From the NCBI GenBank assembly GCA_944392815.1, contig CALXXY010000001.1, forward strand, positions 160,001-224,000: a DNA stretch of 64,000 bases. Direction: 5' to 3'. Positions 41,998-51,478 of the stretch are shown here, in pieces. The notes beneath the pieces are model-generated. The model made no database searches and was not told the origin of the DNA. It saw only the letters and a program-made list of their open reading frames with translations. Position 1 is the stretch's first letter; the number at the start of each line of letters is the position of its first letter. This DNA is from an uncultured Alphaproteobacteria bacterium. Lineage in GTDB: Bacteria > Pseudomonadota > Alphaproteobacteria > Rs-D84. A program made the position numbers and the translations under genes.

Positions 41998-42158
41998 ACT
42001 GTATGCCTAAAGTCGCACACAAAAACAATAAAAAGCGATAATTGGTGACAGAAACGCGAACAAATCTTACCAACGCCACAGAATCCGTGGCTTTGCGAAG
42101 AAAATCGTTTCTGTCGTTAATATCGCACATTTTTTCAAACCCCGAAAATCTGGCACTT

Positions 42159-42521
42159 CTAACAACTTTTACGATTATTTGAATACACGGACCATATAAG
42201 CACAATTAACAATGCACAGATTCCTAGTCCAACCCCAAGCAAAACATCACCATTCTTTCGGAACCATTCAGCGCGCAGATATTCTCTTTCATATTCTTTC
42301 TGTAATTCTTTACGACTTCTTATTGTTTGTTCTTTCAAACGCCTTTCCTTGTATTGCTCCGCTATATTTTTTGTTGACGTCGGATCGTAACCGGCTTCTC
42401 TGGCCTTTTGATATAATTCTTGTTGATATATAGCCTGCTCTCTATCAAATTGTTCTACAGTCATGGCACTAGCCGATGTAATACCCAAAAACATAATAAA
42501 TAATATTAAATACTTTTTCAT
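42159..42521 (-). CDS. Hypothetical exported or membrane-anchored protein
   Basis: Signal peptide, coiled region, C-terminal TM helix. Confidence 0.65.
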   Translation of the reverse strand: MKKYLILFIMFLGITSASAMTVEQFDREQAIYQQELYQKAREAGYDPTSTKNIAEQYKERRLKEQTIRSRKELQKEYEREYLRAEWFRKNGDVLLGVGLGICALLIVLIWSVYSNNRKSC

Positions 42522-42628
42522 TCTATTACCTTTTGTTGATTCGACAACCTTGTCGATCCAAAATTTTCTCTTATAGCTTAATTTTGCAAAAGCATATTCA
42601 GATATGAGCAGAATCAGATAACGGCATA

Positions 42629-42877
42629 TTATTTTTCTTTCCTTATCTTCAGAAACACTTTATATACGATATATTGGTATAAGAATAAACATACAAAATA
42701 CCCAGCAGCACCAAGAATTAAACTCAGCTCTTTATTCTGTCCTATACTCGTATCCGAAAGCCCAAATAATTCTATAATTCCACCAAGAATCAGAGCAGGA
42801 ATCAACAAAGAACATAAAAATTCTACCACCGCCCAAATAGGTTTTCCACCTGTATAAAGTTTGTAAATCATCGGCAC
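42629..42877 (-). CDS. Small two-TM hypothetical protein
   Basis: 82 aa, two hydrophobic helices, GGGGG RBS; lies downstream of the C4-like leader. Confidence 0.6.
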   Translation of the reverse strand: MPMIYKLYTGGKPIWAVVEFLCSLLIPALILGGIIELFGLSDTSIGQNKELSLILGAAGYFVCLFLYQYIVYKVFLKIRKEK

Positions 42878-42915
42878 CCCCTTTTACATAAGAAAAGGCC
42901 ACCCAATAAGAGAGT

Positions 42916-43111
42916 GGTCGGGGAGTTGATAAATCACTGTATTACTGATTCTGTTGCCTTCGAGTTACCTCTGTTTTATAGCAAACAGCTCCCCGACATA
43001 AATCAGGGATATAACGATGCAAAAAGCATCGAAACACCAGATTACGATGCTTTCGCACCGAATACAGTAGGCTTATCACAGCCCCGAACCCAATTCCCAT
43101 TGGATTCGAAG
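42916..43111 (-). ncRNA. C4/CI-like antisense RNA plus its downstream target leader
   Basis: Minus strand: three hairpins exposing UGAUAA and ACUGUAUU; complementary AAUACAGU..UUAUCA ~130 nt downstream inside a GUCGGGGAG/CUCCCCGAC stem. Confidence 0.6.
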
Positions 43112-43114
43112 TTG

Positions 43115-43143
43115 ATTCTATCAAGAAAAATAGAAAAACGCAA
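43115..43143 (-). promoter_or_regulatory. Sigma70-type promoter for the C4-like RNA
   Basis: TTGCGT-17 bp-TAGAAT on the minus strand, a few nt before the first hairpin. Confidence 0.6.
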
Positions 43144-43182
43144 AGAAAATACTTATGCCAAACCAAGCTTTATACCATATGC

Positions 43183-45399
43183 TTATATTTCTTTATCTCG
43201 CTGTTTTTTATGTTCTTCATAAATGCTTTTCATACGCTCAGTTACCACAAGCTCAGCTTCTTTTATATCAAATTTATCTTTTAAGATACTTCTATAACGC
43301 ATAAAATGTATGATGCTAATTTGGCTAAGTTCATCAGAGACTATCAAATTCCATAATAAAACAATGACTTTCTTTACTTCGCTTGTGGTATACTTTGGGC
43401 TTTTAGTGAAATAATCATCATAATACCTATTTATACAGTAAAATAAATTTTCACAATTTTTTACTACACTTTCTAAATATGCTCTATCCGATAACACATC
43501 TAAGAAAACCTTATCTTTCTCTAAAATAAGATCAAATACGCTAGACAGCTCTAGTTTTGTGTTGGGATAGTCATTATTAAATGTTTTGTATTTTTCCCCC
43601 ATCCTGTTCTTGTACTCTTGCTTTATCCTTTCTTTCATTTGTTTTATAATAGTAGCAAGACTATCGTGTTCTATACTCGGGGTAATATATTCACAACACT
43701 CATCAAAAAGCTCCCCCAATTCTTTCAATGTAAAACCAGACAGACTCTTATCAAGCATCATACTCAAGAAATCTTTCTTAGCAGATATAATTTCTTGATC
43801 TTTAATACCAACTATACGAGGCTTATGCAAAAATAAATTTATTAAATTTGTAGAATAAATCGTCCATTCGTCAGACTTTTGCATAATGTCCTTACCAACT
43901 TCCAAGGCCATAAGCATATTACTCTTATGTCTTTGCATTTCATGATCCACAGTTTGAGTACCTATATTCATTTCGTACATATTGTATATATTTACGATAT
44001 CTCTTAATGCAAATGCGGATTTTTTATTTCTTATGTATTTTTCTACATCTTCTTTGGTCTCACATTTATCAAACTCTTTAATGGTTATTATAATGGCTTT
44101 AGAATTATCAGAATAATCTATAAAAAACTCTTCTCTTTTTCCTTCATCAAACATTTTATGAGTCAGATCTTTTATAAGAAGGTAATTTGAATTTTTCTTA
44201 TTACAGTATCGGCCTACAAGAATATCCAGTTCTTTTTTTTGTTGTTCAACTGCTTCTTCTTTATTTCTACTAATAGCTAAATCTATATTGCTTTTTATAT
44301 CTGTGCTCAATTTTAAAGCATAAAATAAATCACCCGCGACATACCTAAATATTATCGATAATAAAAATGCTTTTTTATCGATTTCAAACGGATAAAATCT
44401 TTGTAACTCAACCTCTCGTTCTAACAAATCCCTTAAAATTGTTTTTATTTGTCTGGGATTATTTGGAAAAGAATCCGCATTCCTAATTAGAAAATCCTCT
44501 GTGAAGATTTTGGCTTTTCTAAAGTCTCCTGTTAAAAGTTTTTTCAAGAAATACCTTTTCGAATCATTTGTCATTGCTGGGATATAAAAATGAAAATCAA
44601 TAAATTTATTTATAAATTCGATATTCCAAAGAGCATTTCCCGCTTCTTTCAAAGAAAGGTCTACCTTATCTCTGTCCAACAAGAAAATAAAATTAAAATT
44701 TTCAATTCCAAATAAATCAGATAATTTTGTAAATAAATTTGGAATATCTTCAAATTTTGGGCTTCTATCTATATCATCCAAAACAATTATAAAATTTTTA
44801 TTCTTTGATAACTTCTTTAGTTTTGTTTTTTTCTTTTCATAAGACAAACGAAATAAATCTTGTATTGTACCAAAATATGAAGGTAGTTTTACTTTATCAA
44901 ATATTCTAGGCAACATTAAAAAGGCAGAAAAAAGGGAAACAGGTAATATAATTTTAATATATGGAATTAACAGAATAAAAGAATCAAATAAAAAATACTT
45001 TGTGCATATTATATCTGACAAACAAACTGCCAACCAAGCACAAAATACATATTTCATAAATCCATAAAATAGCCTTTTACTTTTCTGGCACAAATTATAA
45101 TTAGTTAATATTTCTAATAAAGCATCTACTATTTCATCTGAATTTTTATATGCCCACGTATTAAAATCTATAAAGATATATTCTTTCCTAGCCAATTCTT
45201 TCACCATACCAATGATGGATGTTTTTCCGCTTCCCCATTCACCATAAAGACCCATATTACAGCCCTTTTTTATACCATCGGTATCTTTATAACTAATATT
45301 TTTATTTTTTATCGTGCTAACTATATTTTGTGCTATTGTTGCAAAACCTAATAAATCTTTTTCAACATTAACTGTTGGAACTTCTGCCAAATTATTCAT
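43183..45399 (-). CDS. KAP-family P-loop NTPase
   Basis: GLYGEWGSGKT, FNTW, two TM helices, VLDDIDR, KFID, NPRQIK. Confidence 0.88.
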   Translation of the reverse strand: MNNLAEVPTVNVEKDLLGFATIAQNIVSTIKNKNISYKDTDGIKKGCNMGLYGEWGSGKTSIIGMVKELARKEYIFIDFNTWAYKNSDEIVDALLEILTNYNLCQKSKRLFYGFMKYVFCAWLAVCLSDIICTKYFLFDSFILLIPYIKIILPVSLFSAFLMLPRIFDKVKLPSYFGTIQDLFRLSYEKKKTKLKKLSKNKNFIIVLDDIDRSPKFEDIPNLFTKLSDLFGIENFNFIFLLDRDKVDLSLKEAGNALWNIEFINKFIDFHFYIPAMTNDSKRYFLKKLLTGDFRKAKIFTEDFLIRNADSFPNNPRQIKTILRDLLEREVELQRFYPFEIDKKAFLLSIIFRYVAGDLFYALKLSTDIKSNIDLAISRNKEEAVEQQKKELDILVGRYCNKKNSNYLLIKDLTHKMFDEGKREEFFIDYSDNSKAIIITIKEFDKCETKEDVEKYIRNKKSAFALRDIVNIYNMYEMNIGTQTVDHEMQRHKSNMLMALEVGKDIMQKSDEWTIYSTNLINLFLHKPRIVGIKDQEIISAKKDFLSMMLDKSLSGFTLKELGELFDECCEYITPSIEHDSLATIIKQMKERIKQEYKNRMGEKYKTFNNDYPNTKLELSSVFDLILEKDKVFLDVLSDRAYLESVVKNCENLFYCINRYYDDYFTKSPKYTTSEVKKVIVLLWNLIVSDELSQISIIHFMRYRSILKDKFDIKEAELVVTERMKSIYEEHKKQRDKEI

Positions 45400-45700
45400 A
45401 CATATGCCCTTTCATTATAAAGAATTGTATTATAATAGTATAAAACTAAATTCCTAGCATTAGAATAATGCGCCTCTAAAAGGCTATTAAAATTATCATC
45501 ATAAAAATATCAAAATTTGATGCATATTGACTACTTTCACTTATTTAACATAATTATTACCAAGAGTACTTCATTATAACAACAATAAGGAACTCTTATT
45601 CATATGTTTTTGGACAATTTAAAGATCACCTATCGATTTAAACTTGCACTTAGATCATCATTAAAAGCTCAAGGAGTTTGTTGCCATATTAGCACACCCT

Positions 45701-46129
45701 TCATCCCTTTATATACGAATCAAATTTTTCTATAAAACTGCGTGCATTTAAAAACAACAACCTTACCTGTTCCATATTTATATGATTAATATTTATCGAT
45801 GCTGTATGCGCGCTACTCTGATTCCTTAGATTTTTAATTTGCTGAATTGACGAAATTTCCTCGAATAAAAATACATTCTGTCCATTAGCACCAAGAACCC
45901 CTCTACAGTGATCAAACACATCTTCCGGTTCTTTAGCATTGCATTTTTCACGTATTAAAATCAAATTAGCTTGTACATACTCATCAATTTCTGCATTAAT
46001 TTTTACGATATAATATTCTGCTAATATGGCATTCAAAAGGCCATAATTATTCCCGATTTTGACACTATCAGGAATTTCTTGCAAAATATTATTTATCAAC
46101 TGCAAAAGCTGTTCCGAACTATTAAGCAC
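45701..46129 (-). CDS. HEPN-like protein
   Basis: LRNQSSAH (RxxxxH-like) near the C-terminus; directly downstream of DUF262. Confidence 0.65.
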   Translation of the reverse strand: MLNSSEQLLQLINNILQEIPDSVKIGNNYGLLNAILAEYYIVKINAEIDEYVQANLILIREKCNAKEPEDVFDHCRGVLGANGQNVFLFEEISSIQQIKNLRNQSSAHTASININHINMEQVRLLFLNARSFIEKFDSYIKG

Positions 46130-46139
46130 TAGTAAAACC

Positions 46140-47186
46140 CTATTTCAGTATATTTCTAGCTATTTCTAGTCGGGTATCAACGAATTTTTTTGACGTTGTC
46201 CCATTACCCCTCAGAATAATTTCCATATACTCTGGGTTTTGCTTTAAAAGTTCAAATTTTTCGGGTAAATTTTCCACTTCCCCGTTGTGCATCAATGCCA
46301 CTATTACCGAGTCAAGCAAAGTATAATTTGGAATATGGCTTTTATTTATTGAAAAGGGATGTTCTGGTAATACATTATCAATTTGTTCCACTGCTTTTAA
46401 GAAAAGTTCTTGCACATCTGTCTTTTCGCTATTTTTGTTAGACTCCATATATTCATTTAGATAAGACTTCATTACCCCCGTATATTCCACTTCATAAAAA
46501 GCGAAACAACGAAGCACTAACTCCAAATCCAAGAAACGCTTTCCCAGTCCTTGTACCCCCAATATATTTTGCCAATGCATATTTTTATTTGTCTCTTCTA
46601 AAACCATAAGAAATTTGCCGTATGCTATACTTCTTCGAATTTCCATATTATTCAAAGACACCCCTCCGGTATTTAATCTTTCAAAAATCTTATATAAAAT
46701 AGACCTATCGTTAAAATTTGTTGGACGTATAACAGTCGCTGACAACACAACATTTTGCAATCTTCGTTGTTGCACTTGATCTAATTCACTAAACTTTTTA
46801 TTACAATATGGGCTATTTTCATTTAACTTTTTTAATTTGAATTCATCATTTAAAAAGGCCGCAATAGTACTTATACGCTGCAAACCATCAACAATAGAAA
46901 AACTTGCGCCATCTTTTGTAAACAAAAACACCGGAGGGACAGGCAACCCCATAAAAAAAGATTCTATTAAACGAGATTTACGAACATCATCCCACACGGG
47001 CCGACGTTGAAAATCAGGTACATTAAAAGTATGGTCTTTAAAATATTTAGAGTAATTTTCTAGCGTGTAAAAAGCGGGATATGTATTAATTTCATAATTT
47101 GTATTATCAGGCTCCATTTCGTCTTCTTCGATAATTTCTCTTTGTTTATCAATTTCTTCTAACCGCAATAAAACATCATCTGCCAT
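46140..47186 (-). CDS. DUF262 (ParB/Srx-like) domain protein
   Basis: PDFQRRPVW, LIES...LPVP, VDGLQR, IFERLNTGG..L...EIR. Confidence 0.9.
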   Translation of the reverse strand: MADDVLLRLEEIDKQREIIEEDEMEPDNTNYEINTYPAFYTLENYSKYFKDHTFNVPDFQRRPVWDDVRKSRLIESFFMGLPVPPVFLFTKDGASFSIVDGLQRISTIAAFLNDEFKLKKLNENSPYCNKKFSELDQVQQRRLQNVVLSATVIRPTNFNDRSILYKIFERLNTGGVSLNNMEIRRSIAYGKFLMVLEETNKNMHWQNILGVQGLGKRFLDLELVLRCFAFYEVEYTGVMKSYLNEYMESNKNSEKTDVQELFLKAVEQIDNVLPEHPFSINKSHIPNYTLLDSVIVALMHNGEVENLPEKFELLKQNPEYMEIILRGNGTTSKKFVDTRLEIARNILK

Positions 47187-47466
47187 GATTTTAACACCCC
47201 TATAAATAGTTAATTAGTGTATTTAGTATATAAAAATATGTGTTTTTAAGCAAGAACTGTTATCAATAACATAAAAAATAATATACCCCCGATAACACTA
47301 TACGTTCGAAACATTTTCTTTACAAGAAAGCATTCCAATATCCACAGCCTTTTTCATGGAGAAACAAATCATACTATTTGCAATAAATTGTACACACATC
47401 AAAAATTTATTGACTTTACAGCATTTTATTTTACCATGCTTGTTATCAAAATAAAGGTTTATTAAC

Positions 47467-48663
47467 ATGCGGTTATCATCTATTCCGTACTCTGCGAGTA
47501 TAAACTTACTTCAGTGCAATAAATCTGTTCCTTGTAATCGTTTACTGGCCGACACAAACCTTATTCAACAAAATAGCCCTGGACATATTATATATACACC
47601 AATAGTTCAAAAAATAAAAAAGAACATTGAAAACATCACATTGGAAAACGCTGAGAAATACGGTTTCAATGAAATGCTGTTTCCGGTTTTGATGGAAACC
47701 AAGCTTTTAGACGCATCAGGCAAAACTCAAGAATATGCCGATGAATTTTATGCACCGTCCGATTCAAAAGGAAATTTGATTATCTCGCCAACCACGGAAG
47801 AAAGACTGATAGATTTTGTGGCACGCAGTGGCGTTTTATCCTATAAATCATTGCCTATGCGATTTTCACAGGTGTCTAATGTATACAGAAATTTGAAAAG
47901 AACTGAAGGATTGTATAAATCACGAGAAATTTCATGTGTTGTTTTGACTGCTATTGACAAAGATAATGCAACTTATTTACAAACAATGAAAGATTTCAGA
48001 TTGTTATGTGAAGAATCATTCAAACAAATGGGCATCCCAAATTTTTATATCCAAGATAAAATGTCTGGCGCAGTTGAATTCTTTTATACAACAGAGTTAG
48101 CTGATAGACCGCTAAGCAAAAGTATTATCAACAACTTTGGAAACAAGAACAAGTTTGAAACCCAAGAATTGTTTGGTAGTTTATCCATGGGCTATCCTTT
48201 TAAACAGAGTGAAAATTTCAATTTATTTTACACGGACAACAGAGGCACACGCAAGAAACCTGTAGTCAGCACATATGGTATCGGAACCCAACGTTGTATC
48301 CACACATTATTTGAACAAGCGAAAAACGGGCGTACAGATGCGTTTTCTCCAGCGGTACGTCCTTTTGACGTTGATATTATTGTATTATCCAAAGACACCC
48401 AACATGCTCAAATTAAGATATTGGCCGAACAATTGCAAAAAAATAAGATCCATTATTGTATCGACGATCGTAATAATAGCATGAAAGATAAAATGCGATT
48501 TTCGGAATTCTTTTCCATACCATGTCGTATTATTATCGGTGACAAAGAAATTGCACAACAACAATATTCTGTAAAACCGTTGACGGTAAATGAGCCAATG
48601 TATGTTGATATAGCAAAAGCAATAGAACTTGTAAAACAATTAACAATAGAGAGAGTGAGATGA
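47467..48663 (+). CDS. Highly diverged ProRS paralog (class II aaRS core + anticodon-binding domain)
   Basis: SPTTEE, SYKSLP, altered motif 2 YRNLKRTEGLYKSREI, motif 3 TYGIGTQR, DDR and IP.RIIIG.KE anticodon domain. Confidence 0.75.
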   Translation: MRLSSIPYSASINLLQCNKSVPCNRLLADTNLIQQNSPGHIIYTPIVQKIKKNIENITLENAEKYGFNEMLFPVLMETKLLDASGKTQEYADEFYAPSDSKGNLIISPTTEERLIDFVARSGVLSYKSLPMRFSQVSNVYRNLKRTEGLYKSREISCVVLTAIDKDNATYLQTMKDFRLLCEESFKQMGIPNFYIQDKMSGAVEFFYTTELADRPLSKSIINNFGNKNKFETQELFGSLSMGYPFKQSENFNLFYTDNRGTRKKPVVSTYGIGTQRCIHTLFEQAKNGRTDAFSPAVRPFDVDIIVLSKDTQHAQIKILAEQLQKNKIHYCIDDRNNSMKDKMRFSEFFSIPCRIIIGDKEIAQQQYSVKPLTVNEPMYVDIAKAIELVKQLTIERVR

Positions 48664-49664
48664 CCCGACCTGTATCTTCCTGGAACAACCCAAAGCAACA
48701 CTTAGACAAACTGTTAACAACACCTTGGTATAGAGTCATTAACAAAATATTTTCTGAGATATTGGTACTTACTCACGATTTTTATAAAACTGAAAATATT
48801 GCACCCACAATTTTTCCAATTACTACTGGTTCTGTCAGTAGTCCTTTTGGGCTTGGGAGTGATTCTTTGCCAGTAAAAATCAAAATTAAGAATAATGACA
48901 TATATTTGGCAGATTCTATGCAGTTTTCATTGGAAATTGCATCTCGCTTGAACACCAATGGAGCATATTATATTATGCCGTCTTTTCGTGGCGAAGATAT
49001 GGATGCCCGTCATCTTAACGAATTCGTTCATTCAGAGGTCGAAATAAAGGGCTCTCTGGACGATGTTATGGCGTTGGCCGAACGTTACATAAAATTTCTT
49101 ATCAAGGGATTAAAGTTATCTTGCGCAACAGAAATTACAGAAGTATGTGGCACAACGGAACACTTAGATACAGCTTTGGCACGTCCATTTCATAAAATTA
49201 GATTTGAAACCGCTATGCAAGAATTAGCCAGCGTCGAGGATGCATTTAAAAGGTTGGATGATAAATTATACGCTATTACATCTGCTGGAGAACATGCGTT
49301 GATTGACAAATATGGTGATTTTACATGGATAACAAACATGCCTCACAAAGCAGTGCCTTTCTATCAAGCAGAAGAACCTGACACAGAATATTCTATGACA
49401 GGCGATTTACTGGCTGGAATTGGCGAAATATTAGGCTGTGGACAACGTGTATTCTCAGCTCAAGACGCAATTAATTCTTTAGATAATCACAATATTGACA
49501 AGACTGGTTATCAATGGTATATCCACATGCGTGAAATAAATCCTCTACAAACATCAGGCTTTGGAATGGGGATAGAGCGGTTTATTTTATGGTTGTTAAA
49601 ACACAACGACATCCGTGATTGCACTTTACTGATTCGCAACCACAAGGATGTCGTATTTCCTTAA
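48660..49664 (+). CDS. AsnRS/AspRS-like catalytic-domain-only protein (asparagine synthetase A-like)
   Basis: YLADSMQF, SFRGE..D.RHLNEF.HSE.E, GEILG.GQR, YQWY, SGFGMGIERF; no OB anticodon domain. Confidence 0.82.
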   Translation: MTRPVSSWNNPKQHLDKLLTTPWYRVINKIFSEILVLTHDFYKTENIAPTIFPITTGSVSSPFGLGSDSLPVKIKIKNNDIYLADSMQFSLEIASRLNTNGAYYIMPSFRGEDMDARHLNEFVHSEVEIKGSLDDVMALAERYIKFLIKGLKLSCATEITEVCGTTEHLDTALARPFHKIRFETAMQELASVEDAFKRLDDKLYAITSAGEHALIDKYGDFTWITNMPHKAVPFYQAEEPDTEYSMTGDLLAGIGEILGCGQRVFSAQDAINSLDNHNIDKTGYQWYIHMREINPLQTSGFGMGIERFILWLLKHNDIRDCTLLIRNHKDVVFP

Positions 49665-50629
49665 TGTTTAAGGATAGTTAAAGAATTATCAGAAATTTTT
49701 ACCTGACCACCAATTGGTAAGGTTACCATTGGATAAGTGTGTCCAAAATCGATGTTGGCCAGCACAGGCATAGCCTTTAATTCTGGATGAATATTAAATA
49801 TAGAGACAATATCTTCTTTAGATATTTCGTTTTTCTGTTCCATGCGTCCAAACAATATTCCACGAACATTTTTAAACCAGGGTTGATGTATTGTGGATTG
49901 CAAAATTCTATCCAATATGTACTTGTTACCACCCTCTATTTCCACCGCCAAAATCACATCTTCATCAATGGGCATATACTGTGTGCCATACAACAATTGG
50001 ACAGTTGTGGCTTCGCCACCAATCAGGGTACCGGTAGCATTTCCATGGTTAATTACCCAAAAGCCGTCGTTTTCATGAAAAGTTCTATCTTCTTGGTTTA
50101 TAAACCATTCAGGGTCGTCACTCCATTTTGTGCTGGCCACTAATGTCTTTTCAGAATTATCAAACAGTATGTGTTTCAAATAGTCCATAGAATAATCTGC
50201 GCCGTATTTCATTCCCAATGTAGAAAAATGTGGTCCATAATATGAAACAATACCTGTTTTTGCCAGTATTGCGTTTTGTAATGCAGCAATGTCAGAATAC
50301 CCGATTAACATCTTAGGATTTTGCCTTATCAAATCATAATCTATTAAATCCAGCAACTGATTAGAATTAAAACCACCAATAACTGTGAATATAGCTTTTA
50401 CATTACTGTCTTTATACGCATCGTGAATATCGTTCAGACGGGCCACCACAGGTGAAGAAACAAAGGCGTCTATAATGTCCAGATTTTTCCCAAAAGATAC
50501 TTTCAACCCCATATCTTCCAATCTTTGTTGGGCCAAGGCTCTTACATCTTCGCCAATAATTTTATACGACATAGCCGGCGCAATAATACGTACTTCATCA
50601 CCAGCTTTTAGTTTTTGTGGAAAAATCAT
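49661..50629 (-). CDS. S66 peptidase, MccF/LD-carboxypeptidase family
   Basis: IGGFNSNQLL..IDY, GYSD (Ser), E, DFGHT (His); Trp-containing loop WSDDPEW. Confidence 0.88.
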   Translation of the reverse strand: MIFPQKLKAGDEVRIIAPAMSYKIIGEDVRALAQQRLEDMGLKVSFGKNLDIIDAFVSSPVVARLNDIHDAYKDSNVKAIFTVIGGFNSNQLLDLIDYDLIRQNPKMLIGYSDIAALQNAILAKTGIVSYYGPHFSTLGMKYGADYSMDYLKHILFDNSEKTLVASTKWSDDPEWFINQEDRTFHENDGFWVINHGNATGTLIGGEATTVQLLYGTQYMPIDEDVILAVEIEGGNKYILDRILQSTIHQPWFKNVRGILFGRMEQKNEISKEDIVSIFNIHPELKAMPVLANIDFGHTYPMVTLPIGGQVKISDNSLTILKH

Positions 50630-50640
50630 CTCTCTCTCCT

Positions 50641-51465
50641 TTATTTATTTGTGCCAAATACAAATATATTATTACCACGAGCAGCCACATCATTGTTTTT
50701 GATATGCTCTTTTTCCATATCAAAAATCCGTTGAAAAATTTCTTTATTTTCTAGTATATCGGCTATTTCGCCAGTTTGTCCACGCAATTGGGTTTCTTGA
50801 TACCCAGGATAAATCAGATTTGGAAAACCAGAACAAAAATCAACTGTTATATTATGCTTTTTCATCATATCCTTGATGCTGTTCGGCGAGAACATATTAA
50901 TATATGGCATTTGATCTGTAAAACGACCACGTCCAGACAGACATTTATTTGCCTCATCAATATTTCCCAGTTTTGTATTAAAGAATGCTGCGTGATACAT
51001 ATTTGGTGCCAATGTACAAATTATACCGCCTTTTTTTGTTACGGATTTTAACTGTTCAAAAAAATTATCAACATTTTCACCTACGAAACCGATAACATTA
51101 TGAAAATTAAATACAAAATCAAACTGTTCGTCTACTTGTGACAAATCGTTCAAATCTTGTAACATAAAATCCCATCTTCCCTGATACGGAATTGACTTAT
51201 GTTTAGCTACATCCAACATTTCTTTGGAAAAGTCTATCGTAACACCAGAACACTCTGGAAATTCCTCTAATAATTTATGAGACCAACGACCTGTACCACC
51301 ACCCGCATCACAAAACCTGAAATTCTTAGGTAATTTAGGAATAATATATGTTTTTATGGAATCCCACAACAGGGCATCTGATAACCGCCAATAACTTTGA
51401 TTTTCTACCAAGTCATATTCTGATGCTTTCTCTGCAAAATATTTTAATACAGAATCTTTGTACAT
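50641..51465 (-). CDS. Class I SAM-dependent methyltransferase
   Basis: DAGGGTGRW, DFSKEML, FDFV..HNV. Confidence 0.88.
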   Translation of the reverse strand: MYKDSVLKYFAEKASEYDLVENQSYWRLSDALLWDSIKTYIIPKLPKNFRFCDAGGGTGRWSHKLLEEFPECSGVTIDFSKEMLDVAKHKSIPYQGRWDFMLQDLNDLSQVDEQFDFVFNFHNVIGFVGENVDNFFEQLKSVTKKGGIICTLAPNMYHAAFFNTKLGNIDEANKCLSGRGRFTDQMPYINMFSPNSIKDMMKKHNITVDFCSGFPNLIYPGYQETQLRGQTGEIADILENKEIFQRIFDMEKEHIKNNDVAARGNNIFVFGTNK

Positions 51466-51478
51466 AGAACCCTCCTCT

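Noticed and set aside
42914-43222. ORFs 42914-43222 (+) and 42942-43166 (-)
   Set aside because: They overlie the structured C4-like RNA and its promoter; no RBS or recognisable protein features.
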